Positions 10,260-19,976 of a stretch of 64,000 nt of DNA are shown piece after piece. Within the stretch, counting starts at the first letter, position 1. Every line of letters starts with the position of its first letter. The DNA lies in the IMG/VR virus record IMGVR_UViG_3300025418_001265, positions 32,980-96,979 of that record. One strand, 5' to 3'. A program made the translations under genes and the position numbers. Origin of the DNA: a virus. The notes beneath the pieces were generated by a model. It did no database searches. It saw only the letters and a program-made list of their open reading frames with translations, and was not told the origin of the DNA.

Positions 10260-10892
10260 TTAGAATTGGTATCCAAATTTTACTTTTTCTTTTCTAGCGT
10301 TTCTAGTATCATCCCAAAGTCCTTTTCTACTAGCAAGATCCTTTGTCATTTCGTGACCAAGTACCGTTTCTCGTGCTTCAACGTGATCATCAATAGAAGA
10401 TAAACTATCTGCCTGTGTTAACAATTCGGCGTGTTTATCTGCGTCATAAGCAGGTCTTTCAGTGCTATCAAGATTAGGTAAACCTAAACGTCTATCTTCC
10501 ATTTCTTGATCAATGTGTAACTTATGAGCTTTCTTCATTAGTGATATAGTAGCTGCTGTCATATCATCAGTCAAGTAAATTTTTGTTTTTCTGCTACCTT
10601 TTGCTAACTCATCAGCATCCGGTTCTAATCCTTCTAGATCGGAATATGCTTTACGGTAACCACGAGTTTCAGCATAAAACTTATGAGCAGACAGTGCTTC
10701 AACTTCAGTCAACTCTACCATAGGTATTGTCTTTGGTATGCCTTCAAAAGGATGTGCTTCGTAAGCACTTAATGTTGCAATAGCAGTATCGGTTGCAAGG
10801 CTGACAATATTAAAATTATCAATACCTGTTATAACGGTCATACCATCAATATTAGGTATGTATCGGAAAAATTTAGTAAGATAATAATTCAT
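10260..10892 (-). CDS. Hypothetical protein of the U32 module
   Basis: ORF track 10260..10931; non-overlapping ATG at 10892 (MNYYLTK) preferred. Confidence 0.65.
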   Translation of the reverse strand: MNYYLTKFFRYIPNIDGMTVITGIDNFNIVSLATDTAIATLSAYEAHPFEGIPKTIPMVELTEVEALSAHKFYAETRGYRKAYSDLEGLEPDADELAKGSRKTKIYLTDDMTAATISLMKKAHKLHIDQEMEDRRLGLPNLDSTERPAYDADKHAELLTQADSLSSIDDHVEARETVLGHEMTKDLASRKGLWDDTRNARKEKVKFGYQF

Positions 10893-10905
10893 ATTCGTTA
10901 AATAG

Positions 10906-11976
10906 TTACATTGATGTGCCTGGAAGTCCACCTAATAAAGAACAACTACCTGTACCGCAACCGCCAGAAGAAGCACCTCCGTGTCCTTTAGGTTGAGTAG
11001 TGGAACCCATTGATACACAAGAATCTGTTGTATAATATGTTTTAGTAGAGTTATTAGTTTGTGCACCACCGTTATAAGAACCTAACGTATAGCCCCAGTC
11101 TTGTCCTATTTCACAGTTTTCTTCCCCGCAAGATTCTGGACGGCTGAATGAGGAGATTTGAGATCTTGTTGTATCGTTAAATTTGTAATATGTTGAACTA
11201 CCATTATACGTACCTGAAGAGTTATACCCGTAACCTACTTTACTTGATAGACCTTTCGGTTGTCCGTCAGTACTAGAAGCAAAAGACCAGGTACCAGTAG
11301 TCCAGGTTTCATTTGAAAAGTTTAAAGAAGCTGATGAACTGTTTGCTCCAACTGTACCGTAAAACTGACCGAAGAACCCGCTAAGACCGCCTGCAGTACC
11401 ACCAGAACAACTTGATCCGCCAACATTACCGGAGTTAAGAGTTGTATCTGATACGGTATTAAGTTTATCAGTGCTAGAGTTACCACCACCGGTAATATAT
11501 ATGTAGGTTAATGTAGGGCTCATAAGCGTTTTACAATCTGTCCTGCTTACAGTCATATTTGCATTACCTGTATATCCTATTAACGACTCTGTAGTCATAT
11601 TCATTCTAGAAACAGTAGTTGAACTACCTTGAAATGAACCGCTATCGTTAAACACATAAGAATGATAATCACTAAACCCACAATCCATATAGTTTGCAAC
11701 GTTATCCATCATATCACCGAGATTGGTGGTAACGTCAGTACTATGTACAGTCCTGTTAGTGTTTCTCCAAAGTGAACTATTTTGATATCCACAGTGCATA
11801 TACCCACGAGTGTAAAGTGTACGGTATAAAAAGCTGGTAAACCAGGCTGATATAGCATTGGTAAACGTGTTTGGAGTCATTACCCATTCGTAGCCATCAA
11901 AAACATAAAGATAGCCATTGGCAAACCCTTCGTATATTGTACCTGCTGGATGTGTTGATGGAAAACTTAAAGGCAT
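10906..11976 (-). CDS. Kelch/beta-propeller-like virion protein, paralog 2
   Basis: N-terminal LSFP..P..G..Y....YVFDGYEW module; repeated GY/YITGG blades; clear paralog of 11989..13050; TAAATA 5 nt upstream. Confidence 0.6.
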   Translation of the reverse strand: MPLSFPSTHPAGTIYEGFANGYLYVFDGYEWVMTPNTFTNAISAWFTSFLYRTLYTRGYMHCGYQNSSLWRNTNRTVHSTDVTTNLGDMMDNVANYMDCGFSDYHSYVFNDSGSFQGSSTTVSRMNMTTESLIGYTGNANMTVSRTDCKTLMSPTLTYIYITGGGNSSTDKLNTVSDTTLNSGNVGGSSCSGGTAGGLSGFFGQFYGTVGANSSSASLNFSNETWTTGTWSFASSTDGQPKGLSSKVGYGYNSSGTYNGSSTYYKFNDTTRSQISSFSRPESCGEENCEIGQDWGYTLGSYNGGAQTNNSTKTYYTTDSCVSMGSTTQPKGHGGASSGGCGTGSCSLLGGLPGTSM

Positions 11977-11988
11977 AAAAATATTTAT

Positions 11989-13050
11989 TTAACCACCTAA
12001 TGAACCACCTAATAAAGTTACACTACCAGAACCGCAACTACCGGATGACATTCCACCGTGGCCTTTAGGTTGAGTAGTGGAACCCATACCTGAACAGGTA
12101 TCTGTGGTGTAGTATATCTTTTGAGTGTTATTTGTTTGGTTACTACCGTTATAGGAACCAAGGGCATATCCCCAATCTTGCCCTACTTGCATATTTTCTT
12201 CTCCGCAAGATTCAGGACGACTAAAACTTGATACTGAAGTACCGTTAGTATCGTTAAACTTATATAATGTTGACGAACCAGCATATGAACCGGTTGAGTT
12301 GTATCCAAATCCCCATTTACTAGATAAACCTTTCGGTTGACCGTCTGTATCTAAACTGTAGTTGATGACTGTTATATAAGTTTCAGTACTCCAAGCAAAA
12401 CAACTAGTGCCAGAGTTATTACTACTAACCCAGCCATAGTACTGACCCCAAAAACCGCTAAGACCACCTGCTGTTTGACCTGAGTTACCACCGCTAATAA
12501 GACTTAATGACAACATTGTATCTGTAATAGTGCAAAATTTATCTGTATTAGAAGAGTTACCACCAGTAATATATATTGAAGTGAGTCCTGCGTTCATTAA
12601 CGCTTTACAGTTTGCACGAGACTGTTTTAAATCTCTATTACTATTATGAGTTCTTAAAGATTCAGTCGTCATACTCATTGATGACGTGTAAGAAGAAGTA
12701 CCATTAACTGCACCAGAGTCATTAAACACATACGTGTTATAATCACTAAACCCACCGTCAATGTATGATGCACCATTATCCATCATATCACCTAAGTTAG
12801 TGGTTGTATCGGTTAAATGTATAGTTCTATTAGTATTACGCCAAGGACTACCACCTTGATAACCGCAATGTACATAACCACGAGTATACACGGTACGATA
12901 TAAAAATGAGTTTTCAGCTGTAAACCCAGCCATACCTAACCTACCTGTTGTATTCCAGGTATAACCGTCATAAGTGTACACCCACCCTATAGGAGAAATG
13001 TACCTTTGTGCACTTGAAGGTGAAGTTGGAAAACTTAGCTGGTTTGCCAT
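11989..13050 (-). CDS. Kelch/beta-propeller-like virion protein, paralog 1
   Basis: Shares RGYxHCGYQ, NLGDMMD, TDGQPKGLSSK, RPESCGEEN, GQDWGY and QPKGHGG with 10906..11976. Confidence 0.6.
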   Translation of the reverse strand: MANQLSFPTSPSSAQRYISPIGWVYTYDGYTWNTTGRLGMAGFTAENSFLYRTVYTRGYVHCGYQGGSPWRNTNRTIHLTDTTTNLGDMMDNGASYIDGGFSDYNTYVFNDSGAVNGTSSYTSSMSMTTESLRTHNSNRDLKQSRANCKALMNAGLTSIYITGGNSSNTDKFCTITDTMLSLSLISGGNSGQTAGGLSGFWGQYYGWVSSNNSGTSCFAWSTETYITVINYSLDTDGQPKGLSSKWGFGYNSTGSYAGSSTLYKFNDTNGTSVSSFSRPESCGEENMQVGQDWGYALGSYNGSNQTNNTQKIYYTTDTCSGMGSTTQPKGHGGMSSGSCGSGSVTLLGGSLGG

Positions 13051-13053
13051 ACT

Positions 13054-14235
13054 TTAGGCCTTTGCTTTAATGAGTGCTTTAAGTTCCTCTATCTGAGCTT
13101 GCTGTTCTTTTATGGCCTCAACAAGTAAAGGAATCATTCTTTCATATTGTATAGTTATATAGTTTTCACCGCTCTTAGAATATGTTGAACCATCTTCATT
13201 GGTTACAGTATCGAACGGTGCTAACTTAATAACTTCAGGTAAAACTACCTGTACTTCCTGAGCTATTAAACCTACTTCAGGAGTTTCAGATGAATAACCG
13301 TAACGTTGAGCAGTTTCATTAGCAGTGTAGTTCACACCATTAAGTAATAAAACTTTTGACAACGCATTTAAAATATTGCCTTTAATATCTTTAAGTCGTT
13401 TATCAGAATAATTAGCAGTAATACTACTAGTAGCTGTAATAGCACCTGTTACGTTTAACGCTCCAGATATACCAACGTTACCAGTTATGTTACCACCAGA
13501 AGTTTTAAATATAGTAGAAGGATCAACATATGGCACTGCAACTACCCAAGAACTAGAAGACGATATCCAAATGTTTAAGGCACCAGTATCTGTGTTCCAC
13601 CAAAGATTACCATTACCCGCGGCTGTAGGTACACCACTTACTGAACCACTTTGTACATACACAGTAGTGTTAGCGCCAAGCTGGCCTGAAAAACCAGAAG
13701 TACCGGTTGCGCCTTGAGCGCCTGATCCTGTAGCACCTTGTGCGCCAGTGGAACCTGTAGCACCTTGTGCGCCATTTGAACCGTTTGTTCCAGCAGCGCC
13801 TTGAGCGCCGGTTTGACCGTTTTGGCCAGCTGAACCTTGCGCGCCTTGAGCACCAGTAACACCCTGTGCTCCGTTTGAACCAGCTGCTCCTTGAGCGCCA
13901 GCTGCACCCTGAGCACCATTAGATCCAGCTGCACCCTGAGCACCATTAGATCCAGCTGCACCCTGAGCACCGGTTGCACCTTGAGCACCGTTTATGCCTG
14001 AATATCCTGAAGCTCCTTGCGCACCATTAGATCCAACAATACCGTTAGTGCCTTGAGCACCGGTTGCACCTTGTGCACCGTTTATACCTGAATACCCTGA
14101 AGTTCCTTGTGCGCCAGTAGCGCCCTGTGCACCTAGAGTGCCGTTTGTACCTTGAGCTCCCTGAGCTCCTTGTGCACCTAGAGCCCCAGAAAATCCTGAA
14201 GCTCCTTGCATACTATATGTAAACGGTGTTGCCAT
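13054..14235 (-). CDS. Collagen-like fibre with S74 chaperone
   Basis: GAQGAA repeats; GNLWWNTDTG module; ANYSDKRLK...VGLIAQEV...IQYERMIPLLVEAIKEQ. Confidence 0.85.
   Translation of the reverse strand: MATPFTYSMQGASGFSGALGAQGAQGAQGTNGTLGAQGATGAQGTSGYSGINGAQGATGAQGTNGIVGSNGAQGASGYSGINGAQGATGAQGAAGSNGAQGAAGSNGAQGAAGAQGAAGSNGAQGVTGAQGAQGSAGQNGQTGAQGAAGTNGSNGAQGATGSTGAQGATGSGAQGATGTSGFSGQLGANTTVYVQSGSVSGVPTAAGNGNLWWNTDTGALNIWISSSSSWVVAVPYVDPSTIFKTSGGNITGNVGISGALNVTGAITATSSITANYSDKRLKDIKGNILNALSKVLLLNGVNYTANETAQRYGYSSETPEVGLIAQEVQVVLPEVIKLAPFDTVTNEDGSTYSKSGENYITIQYERMIPLLVEAIKEQQAQIEELKALIKAKA
13898..13971. repeat. Perfect 27-bp tandem repeat (2.7 copies) inside fibre gene
   Basis: ccagctgcaccctgagcaccattagat x2 plus 20 nt. 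Confidence 0.85.
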
Positions 14236-14267
14236 TATTAATATTTACAATGTTTACTTAAAAACTA

Positions 14268-14546
14268 CTATGTATTAGGTGGATAAAATACATTATTAAC
14301 AGGGTCGTATGTACAACCAACTCCACCCCAAGTACCACGAAATGGTACGCCTCCATCAGGTTTACCATCAATACCGTAATGCACGCTATTAGTTGTATAA
14401 TAATCTGTCTTTATCCAGTTACCGCTTAAATTAAGAGTATTGTTTATATAAGCTTGACCGGATAAATCTGACGTAGCATATTCATCCGGTATGGATATTA
14501 ATCCAGTAACTACATTGTTTAAATCTATTTGAGAGTAGTATGTCAT
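14268..14546 (-). CDS. Small fibre-associated protein
   Basis: MTYYSQIDLNNVV...WIKT.Y...PFRG...G.TYDPVNNVFYPP pattern, typical of genes next to phage fibre genes. Confidence 0.6.
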   Translation of the reverse strand: MTYYSQIDLNNVVTGLISIPDEYATSDLSGQAYINNTLNLSGNWIKTDYYTTNSVHYGIDGKPDGGVPFRGTWGGVGCTYDPVNNVFYPPNT

Positions 14547-14553
14547 ATTGTTA

Positions 14554-15369
14554 CTATGCTATGAACGGTACAGTGGTAGATACAGAAATATTGCCATTGG
14601 TAGTTATAGTTATATTACCACTTCCGTCGGTAGTAGCGCTTGGATATCTACAAGCTAAAAGTGTTGTACCACTTATATTTGTTAGTTCGCTTGAAGGTGG
14701 TGTAAAATTGCTTGTATAAAGAGCATTAGTGTTACATCTCAAGTTTGATGCGTAACCGTTCAAAGCATTCGACGAAATATAATTTTGAAAACTGCAATAT
14801 GTTAAGTGCTGACTAGACTGTGTTATTGTATTACCACCGCCTGTAGATCTTTTTTGAGTACAAGCATTACCATTAATATACATTGTAATAGTGCCAGATT
14901 GAGCTACAAAAGCGACGTGTGTCCAGGTGTTTAAAGATACTGTTTCGTTAGATTCCCAATAATTATCACCACCTGCGTATGAAAACATAAACATTGAACC
15001 GTTCGGGCCAATAGCTAATGTCCAAGCTGTACCCGGTCCGGTTGGGTTTAAGTCTCCTACTACTGGCCAGTAGTCACCCCAAGTTTGATAACTGGTCATA
15101 TAGATAAAACATTCTGCTGTGAACGTCGCCCCGGTCGTGTAAGATACTGGAGAATTATTATACGTAAGCCAACCACCGCCAGTAGAGCTAGTGTATATAG
15201 AGTAATTACGAGCCTTATTATGACCGGAATTCATATCAATAGCTCCAGATTGTATACCGAATAGTTTACGCACATTGGCATCATTAAAACCGATCTGAGC
15301 AGTAGAGGTAAGAGACAGTTCAGTATTAACCTGACCCATATCAATTTGTCCTGATGCTGGTAAAGACAT
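14554..15369 (-). CDS. Virion protein with concanavalin A-like lectin/LamG domain
   Basis: FTAECFIY, LNTWTHVAFV, MYING, GYASNLR and YTSNFTPP motifs; N-terminal MSLPASGQI module. Confidence 0.75.
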   Translation of the reverse strand: MSLPASGQIDMGQVNTELSLTSTAQIGFNDANVRKLFGIQSGAIDMNSGHNKARNYSIYTSSTGGGWLTYNNSPVSYTTGATFTAECFIYMTSYQTWGDYWPVVGDLNPTGPGTAWTLAIGPNGSMFMFSYAGGDNYWESNETVSLNTWTHVAFVAQSGTITMYINGNACTQKRSTGGGNTITQSSQHLTYCSFQNYISSNALNGYASNLRCNTNALYTSNFTPPSSELTNISGTTLLACRYPSATTDGSGNITITTNGNISVSTTVPFIA

Positions 15370-15370
15370 A

Positions 15371-16660
15371 TTACTTTAAAGCTTTAATTTCAGCTCTCAG
15401 TTCTTTAATAGCTTCGATTAATAATGGAGCTAATCTTTCGTAACGCACTGTTAAATACTTTTCGTCAATAGGAGCAGGAGCTACTATTTCTGGTAATACT
15501 TTTTGTGTAGCTTGTGCAGAAATACCAACTTCTTTAACTGGTTTATAACCAAGAGCTTGTGCAGTTTCATTTGCTTCATAATAGAAGCCTTCTAGTGAAC
15601 AGATCTTGTCTAAAGCGTTTTCGATTTTACCTAACTTAGTCTTTAACCGGTCATCAGAGTAGTAAGCTGTAATGTTATTGGTAGCTCTGATTTCACCAGC
15701 TGTACCGGATGCCGAGGTATTAACACCTAATGAATTTACTTGAGCGTTAGAGCTTGTTGTAAATCCACCAGCTGCACCTTGCGAGCCTGCAGGTCCTGTT
15801 GAACCTTGAGCACCATTAGAACCGGTTGCACCTTGTGAACCAGTAGCGCCTTGAGCACCAGTAGCGCCTTGAGCTCCATTAGAACCAGCAGCTCCTTGTG
15901 CACCATTAGAACCGTTAGTACCAGCGGCGCCTTGTGCGCCTGTCGAACCTTTAGCACCCTGCGCACCAGTAGCGCCTTGAGCTCCGTTAGAACCAGCTGC
16001 ACCTTGTGCACCAGTAGCACCCTGCGCACCGTTAGAACCTACTGTACCGTTTGTACCTTGCGCACCAGCTGCACCTTGCGCGCCTGTAGAGCCATTCAAT
16101 CCGGAATAACCAGATGCAGCTGTAGCGCCTTGAGCACCTGTAGATCCTTTTAACCCAGAATAACCAGAATAACCAGAATTTGAACCAGCTGGTAGTATTT
16201 GAGAACCAGGATATTCAACAATTTGAGCTGCAGTGCTACCAATAGCAATTAAAACTGGTTTAATAATAGAACCAATTGCTGAAGGAGGTATTACCGTTAA
16301 TGCCCCTGCTACTGTGTCTGAAAGATAATAATTAGCCGCGTCTACTAAACCAGTAAACCCAGTTGCATAACCGTTTGCTACGTATGTAAACGTTGTACCA
16401 GTAGATGCTGTAACAACACCAAGTATATCTGAAGCAGAAGCAGCATTTGCTAATGCTAGAGCATAACCACCGGTAGTTTTGTATATAGCTTGTCCAGCAC
16501 TAAAGGAATTCGAGTATGTTACCGATACAGTGGTAGCATTAGCACCACTTGCACCGGTAGAACCATTTGCGCCTTGTGCACCCTGTGCTCCTGCAGGCCC
16601 TGTAGAACCTGAAAATCCAGAAGCACCTCTAAGCGCGTTGTATACAAATGTATTGCTCAT
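15371..16660 (-). CDS. Collagen-like fibre with FSAGQ globular module and S74 chaperone
   Basis: AYYSDDRLK...VGISAQ...[17 protein letters not shown]; TATAAATA upstream. Confidence 0.85.
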   Translation of the reverse strand: MSNTFVYNALRGASGFSGSTGPAGAQGAQGANGSTGASGANATTVSVTYSNSFSAGQAIYKTTGGYALALANAASASDILGVVTASTGTTFTYVANGYATGFTGLVDAANYYLSDTVAGALTVIPPSAIGSIIKPVLIAIGSTAAQIVEYPGSQILPAGSNSGYSGYSGLKGSTGAQGATAASGYSGLNGSTGAQGAAGAQGTNGTVGSNGAQGATGAQGAAGSNGAQGATGAQGAKGSTGAQGAAGTNGSNGAQGAAGSNGAQGATGAQGATGSQGATGSNGAQGSTGPAGSQGAAGGFTTSSNAQVNSLGVNTSASGTAGEIRATNNITAYYSDDRLKTKLGKIENALDKICSLEGFYYEANETAQALGYKPVKEVGISAQATQKVLPEIVAPAPIDEKYLTVRYERLAPLLIEAIKELRAEIKALK

Positions 16661-16676
16661 ATTTCATTAGCAATAA

Positions 16677-16684
16677 TATTTATA
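16677..16684 (-). promoter_or_regulatory. T4-type late promoter TATAAATA
   Basis: Exact T4 late consensus 16 nt upstream of ATG 16660. Confidence 0.7.
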
Positions 16685-16688
16685 TACA

Positions 16689-19600
16689 TTATATAATAAA
16701 CCAGTTATTACTTGCGCTGTATACTAATGTTACTGCTTCGTAGTTATAATTTAATACGTAAGTGGCTTGACCGTCGATTGTAACACCTGCACCGGATAGT
16801 GTAATGTTATTTGTCTTAGCTGCACCAGATTCGTCTTTAATTGTTACGAATAAGCCTGTTGAAGGTAGAGCTGGCAAGTAAATTGTAGCAGCACCGGCAA
16901 CGTTAACACCAATGTATTCATCTGTTGATTGTACTACATAAGGTGTAGTGCTTACTACTCTTGCACCTTGTACGTTTGGATATACAATTTGAGAGTTGTC
17001 AGAGTTTAAATAACCTCTTTCATTGACTACTACAGCTGTTGTAGATGTAATAGCTCTCATAATTGGTTTCGATACCGTACCGAAAGCACTTGGAGGTGTT
17101 GAAGTAACTGCACCAGCTACCGTAGGTGATAGGAAGTAACATTCACCTGGTGTTAAGCTTTGTAGGCCTGTAATTAAGCCCATATATATGATTTGGAACG
17201 CAGCAGCTGAAGCTGATTGAACAACGCCTGTTGCTTCTGCGTCAGTTACGTTATCAGCTATTGCTAAGAACCAACCACTTGAACCGTTATCAAGACGTAC
17301 TACTTGACCAGCGCTAAAGCTGTTTGTGTATGTAATGACCTGGCTTGAAATATTTGTTGTAGCACCAGATGTACCAGAGAAACCTGTATAACCTGAAATA
17401 CCACTGAAACCGCTAATACCAGTAAAGCCTGAGTAACCAGAAATACCTGTAAAGCCGCTATAACCTGAAATACCAGTGAAACCAGAGATACCTGTATAAC
17501 CTGATATACCAGTAAAGCCTGAGTAACCACTAATACCAGTGAAACCAGATATACCAGTATAACCACTAATACCAGAGAAGCCGGTGTAACCACTAATACC
17601 GCTCCAGCCTGAAATACCGCTGAAACCGCTTATACCAGTGAAACCAGAAATACCTGTATAACCCGAAATACCAGTGAAACCAGATATACCAGTATAACCA
17701 CTAATACCAGAGAAGCCGCTATAACCAGATATACCGGTAAAGCCTGAGAAACCAGTGTAACCGCTAATACCTGTAAAACCAGATATACCAGTGTAGCCTG
17801 AGTAACCACTAATACCAGTGAAACCGGATATACCAGTATAGCCAGAATAGCCTGACCAACCACTAATACCTGTGAAACCAGAAATACCACTGAAGCCACT
17901 ATAACCAGATATACCAGTGAAACCAGAAATACCGCTAAAGCCGCTATAACCCGATATACCAGTGAAACCACTTATACCTGTAAAGCCACTATAGCCTGAA
18001 ATACCGCTAAAGCCGCTATAACCCGATATACCAGTGAAACCACTAATACCGGTGTAACCACTAATACCTGTAAAGCCTGAATAACCGCTAATACCAGTAT
18101 AACCACTTATACCTGTAAAGCCTGAGTAACCTGAAATACCAGTGAAACCAGAGATACCTGTATAACCTGAAATACCTGTATAACCGCTATAACCGCTAAT
18201 ACCGGTGAAACCGCTAATACCACTAAAGCCGGAATAACCGCTTATACCAGTGAAACCAGAAATACCGGAATAACCAGAGGCACCGTAACCAGAATAACCA
18301 GATGTACCACTAACACCTTGACCGATTGGAGTACGTAAAGCGGAATATACTGAACTACCGTTATATTGGAAAGCAGCAGTAAGTGTTGTTGTACTTGTTG
18401 TGTAAGCTGCAACTTGTAATAAGATACGATCTGTTGCAGAAAGCTTTGTAATCGTGCTTGTAACGTAACCTAATTTTTGAAGAGTTGAAACTGTATCTGT
18501 GACAGGGCCTGAATCAGCACTTAAAATGAATGCGCTAGTAGCGCTCGTAGCCATTGAGTAGCTGTATACGCTAATAACAAAGTTTGCAGCGCTAGCAGAA
18601 ACGTTGCGATAGAAATCGAATTCCCACAAACCGGCTGGAATTTCAACTAGGCCTGGTTCACCGATTGGTGTTAAGTACCAACCGAAAGCACTTGGACTGC
18701 CTGGACCTGCTGTAGTAGAATTAAGAGCTAGTTGGTCGTCATTAACTGTCGTACCACCACCGCCTGGTACTAACGACATTACTTCAAATACTGTTGGGTT
18801 TTGATCACTTGTTACTTCTTGTAGGTAGTACGTTCTACCGTAAATGGATGCACCAGTAGGACCAGATACACCAGAGTAACCTGTATAACCTGAAATACCA
18901 GAGAAACCACTAATACCTGTAAAACCAGATATACCAGTAAAGCCGGAATAACCGCTAATACCAGTAAAGCCTGAGAAACCTGTATAACCCGAAATACCTG
19001 TAAAGCCGGAATAACCTGATATACCAGTATAACCACTTATACCTGTATAACCGCTAATACCTGTAAAGCCAGAGTAACCAGAAATACCTGTGAAACCGCT
19101 TATACCGGTAAAGCCTGAATAACCACTAATACCTGTAAAACCTGAAATACCAGTGAAGCCGGAGTAACCTGAAATACCGGTAAAACCACTGATACCAGTA
19201 TAACCTGAAATACCTGTAAAGCCTGAATAACCGCTTATACCAGTAAAGCCGCTAAAGCCTGAAATACCACTAAAGCCGCTATAACCAGAAATACCTGTAA
19301 AACCAGATATACCAGTAAAACCTGAAATACCGGTGAAACCTGAAATACCGCTAAAGCCGGAATAACCAGAAATACCACTAAAGCCGGAATAACCAGATAT
19401 ACCTGTAAAGCCACTAAAACCGCTTATACCGGTATAACCTGAAATACCTGACCAACCACTAATACCAGTGAAACCTGAAATACCTGTGTAACCAGAAATA
19501 CCTGTGAAACCGCTATAACCTGTAAAGCCGGAATAACCACTTATACCGCTAAAACCAGAATAACCTGAAATACCAGATGTACCAGAGTAACCAGAAATAC

Positions 19601-19919
19601 CTGTAAAGCCGCTAAAACCACTGATACCTGTAAAACCTGAAATACCAGTGTAACCAGAAATACCTGTAAAGCCGGAGTAGCCAGAAATACCACTGAAGCC
19701 ACTATAACCACTAATACCTGTAAAACCTGAAATACCAGTGTAACCGCTAATACCTGTATAACCACTTATACCAGAGGCACCGGTAAAGCCTGAATAGCCG
19801 GATATACCGGTTGCGCCAGAATAACCTGATATACCGGACGCACCGGAAAACCCGACGCCGCTATAACCAGAAAAACCTGATTGACCTCTTATTGCTTGGT
19901 AGACGAAGGAATTTGCCAT
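16689..19919 (-). CDS. Long G-[Y/F/I]-[S/T] repeat fibre with central and C-terminal globular domains
   Basis: Two blocks of roughly 110 proline-free triplets each; C-terminal FSAGQVVRLDNG module and LP...G..VTIKD...IDG...LVY...W module. Confidence 0.8.
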   Translation of the reverse strand: MANSFVYQAIRGQSGFSGYSGVGFSGASGISGYSGATGISGYSGFTGASGISGYTGISGYTGISGFTGISGYSGFSGISGYSGFTGISGYTGISGFTGISGFSGFTGISGYSGTSGISGYSGFSGISGYSGFTGYSGFTGISGYTGISGFTGISGWSGISGYTGISGFSGFTGISGYSGFSGISGYSGFSGISGFTGISGFTGISGFTGISGYSGFSGISGFSGFTGISGYSGFTGISGYTGISGFTGISGYSGFTGISGFTGISGYSGFTGISGFTGISGYSGFTGISGYTGISGYTGISGYSGFTGISGYTGFSGFTGISGYSGFTGISGFTGISGFSGISGYTGYSGVSGPTGASIYGRTYYLQEVTSDQNPTVFEVMSLVPGGGGTTVNDDQLALNSTTAGPGSPSAFGWYLTPIGEPGLVEIPAGLWEFDFYRNVSASAANFVISVYSYSMATSATSAFILSADSGPVTDTVSTLQKLGYVTSTITKLSATDRILLQVAAYTTSTTTLTAAFQYNGSSVYSALRTPIGQGVSGTSGYSGYGASGYSGISGFTGISGYSGFSGISGFTGISGYSGYTGISGYTGISGFTGISGYSGFTGISGYTGISGYSGFTGISGYTGISGFTGISGYSGFSGISGYSGFTGISGFTGISGYSGFSGISGFTGISGYSGFSGISGFTGISGWSGYSGYTGISGFTGISGYSGYTGISGFTGISGYTGFSGFTGISGYSGFSGISGYTGISGFTGISGYTGISGFTGISGFSGISGWSGISGYTGFSGISGYTGISGFTGISGYSGFTGISGYTGISGFTGISGYSGFTGISGYSGFTGISGFSGISGYTGFSGTSGATTNISSQVITYTNSFSAGQVVRLDNGSSGWFLAIADNVTDAEATGVVQSASAAAFQIIYMGLITGLQSLTPGECYFLSPTVAGAVTSTPPSAFGTVSKPIMRAITSTTAVVVNERGYLNSDNSQIVYPNVQGARVVSTTPYVVQSTDEYIGVNVAGAATIYLPALPSTGLFVTIKDESGAAKTNNITLSGAGVTIDGQATYVLNYNYEAVTLVYSASNNWFII

Positions 19920-19941
19920 AGTAGTATTTCTTTATTGTTAA

Positions 19942-19949
19942 TATTTATA
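19942..19949 (-). promoter_or_regulatory. T4-type late promoter TATAAATA
   Basis: Exact consensus upstream of ATG 19919. Confidence 0.7.
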
Positions 19950-19976
19950 TTTCTTTACGCATTTTTGAGTGTGTTA

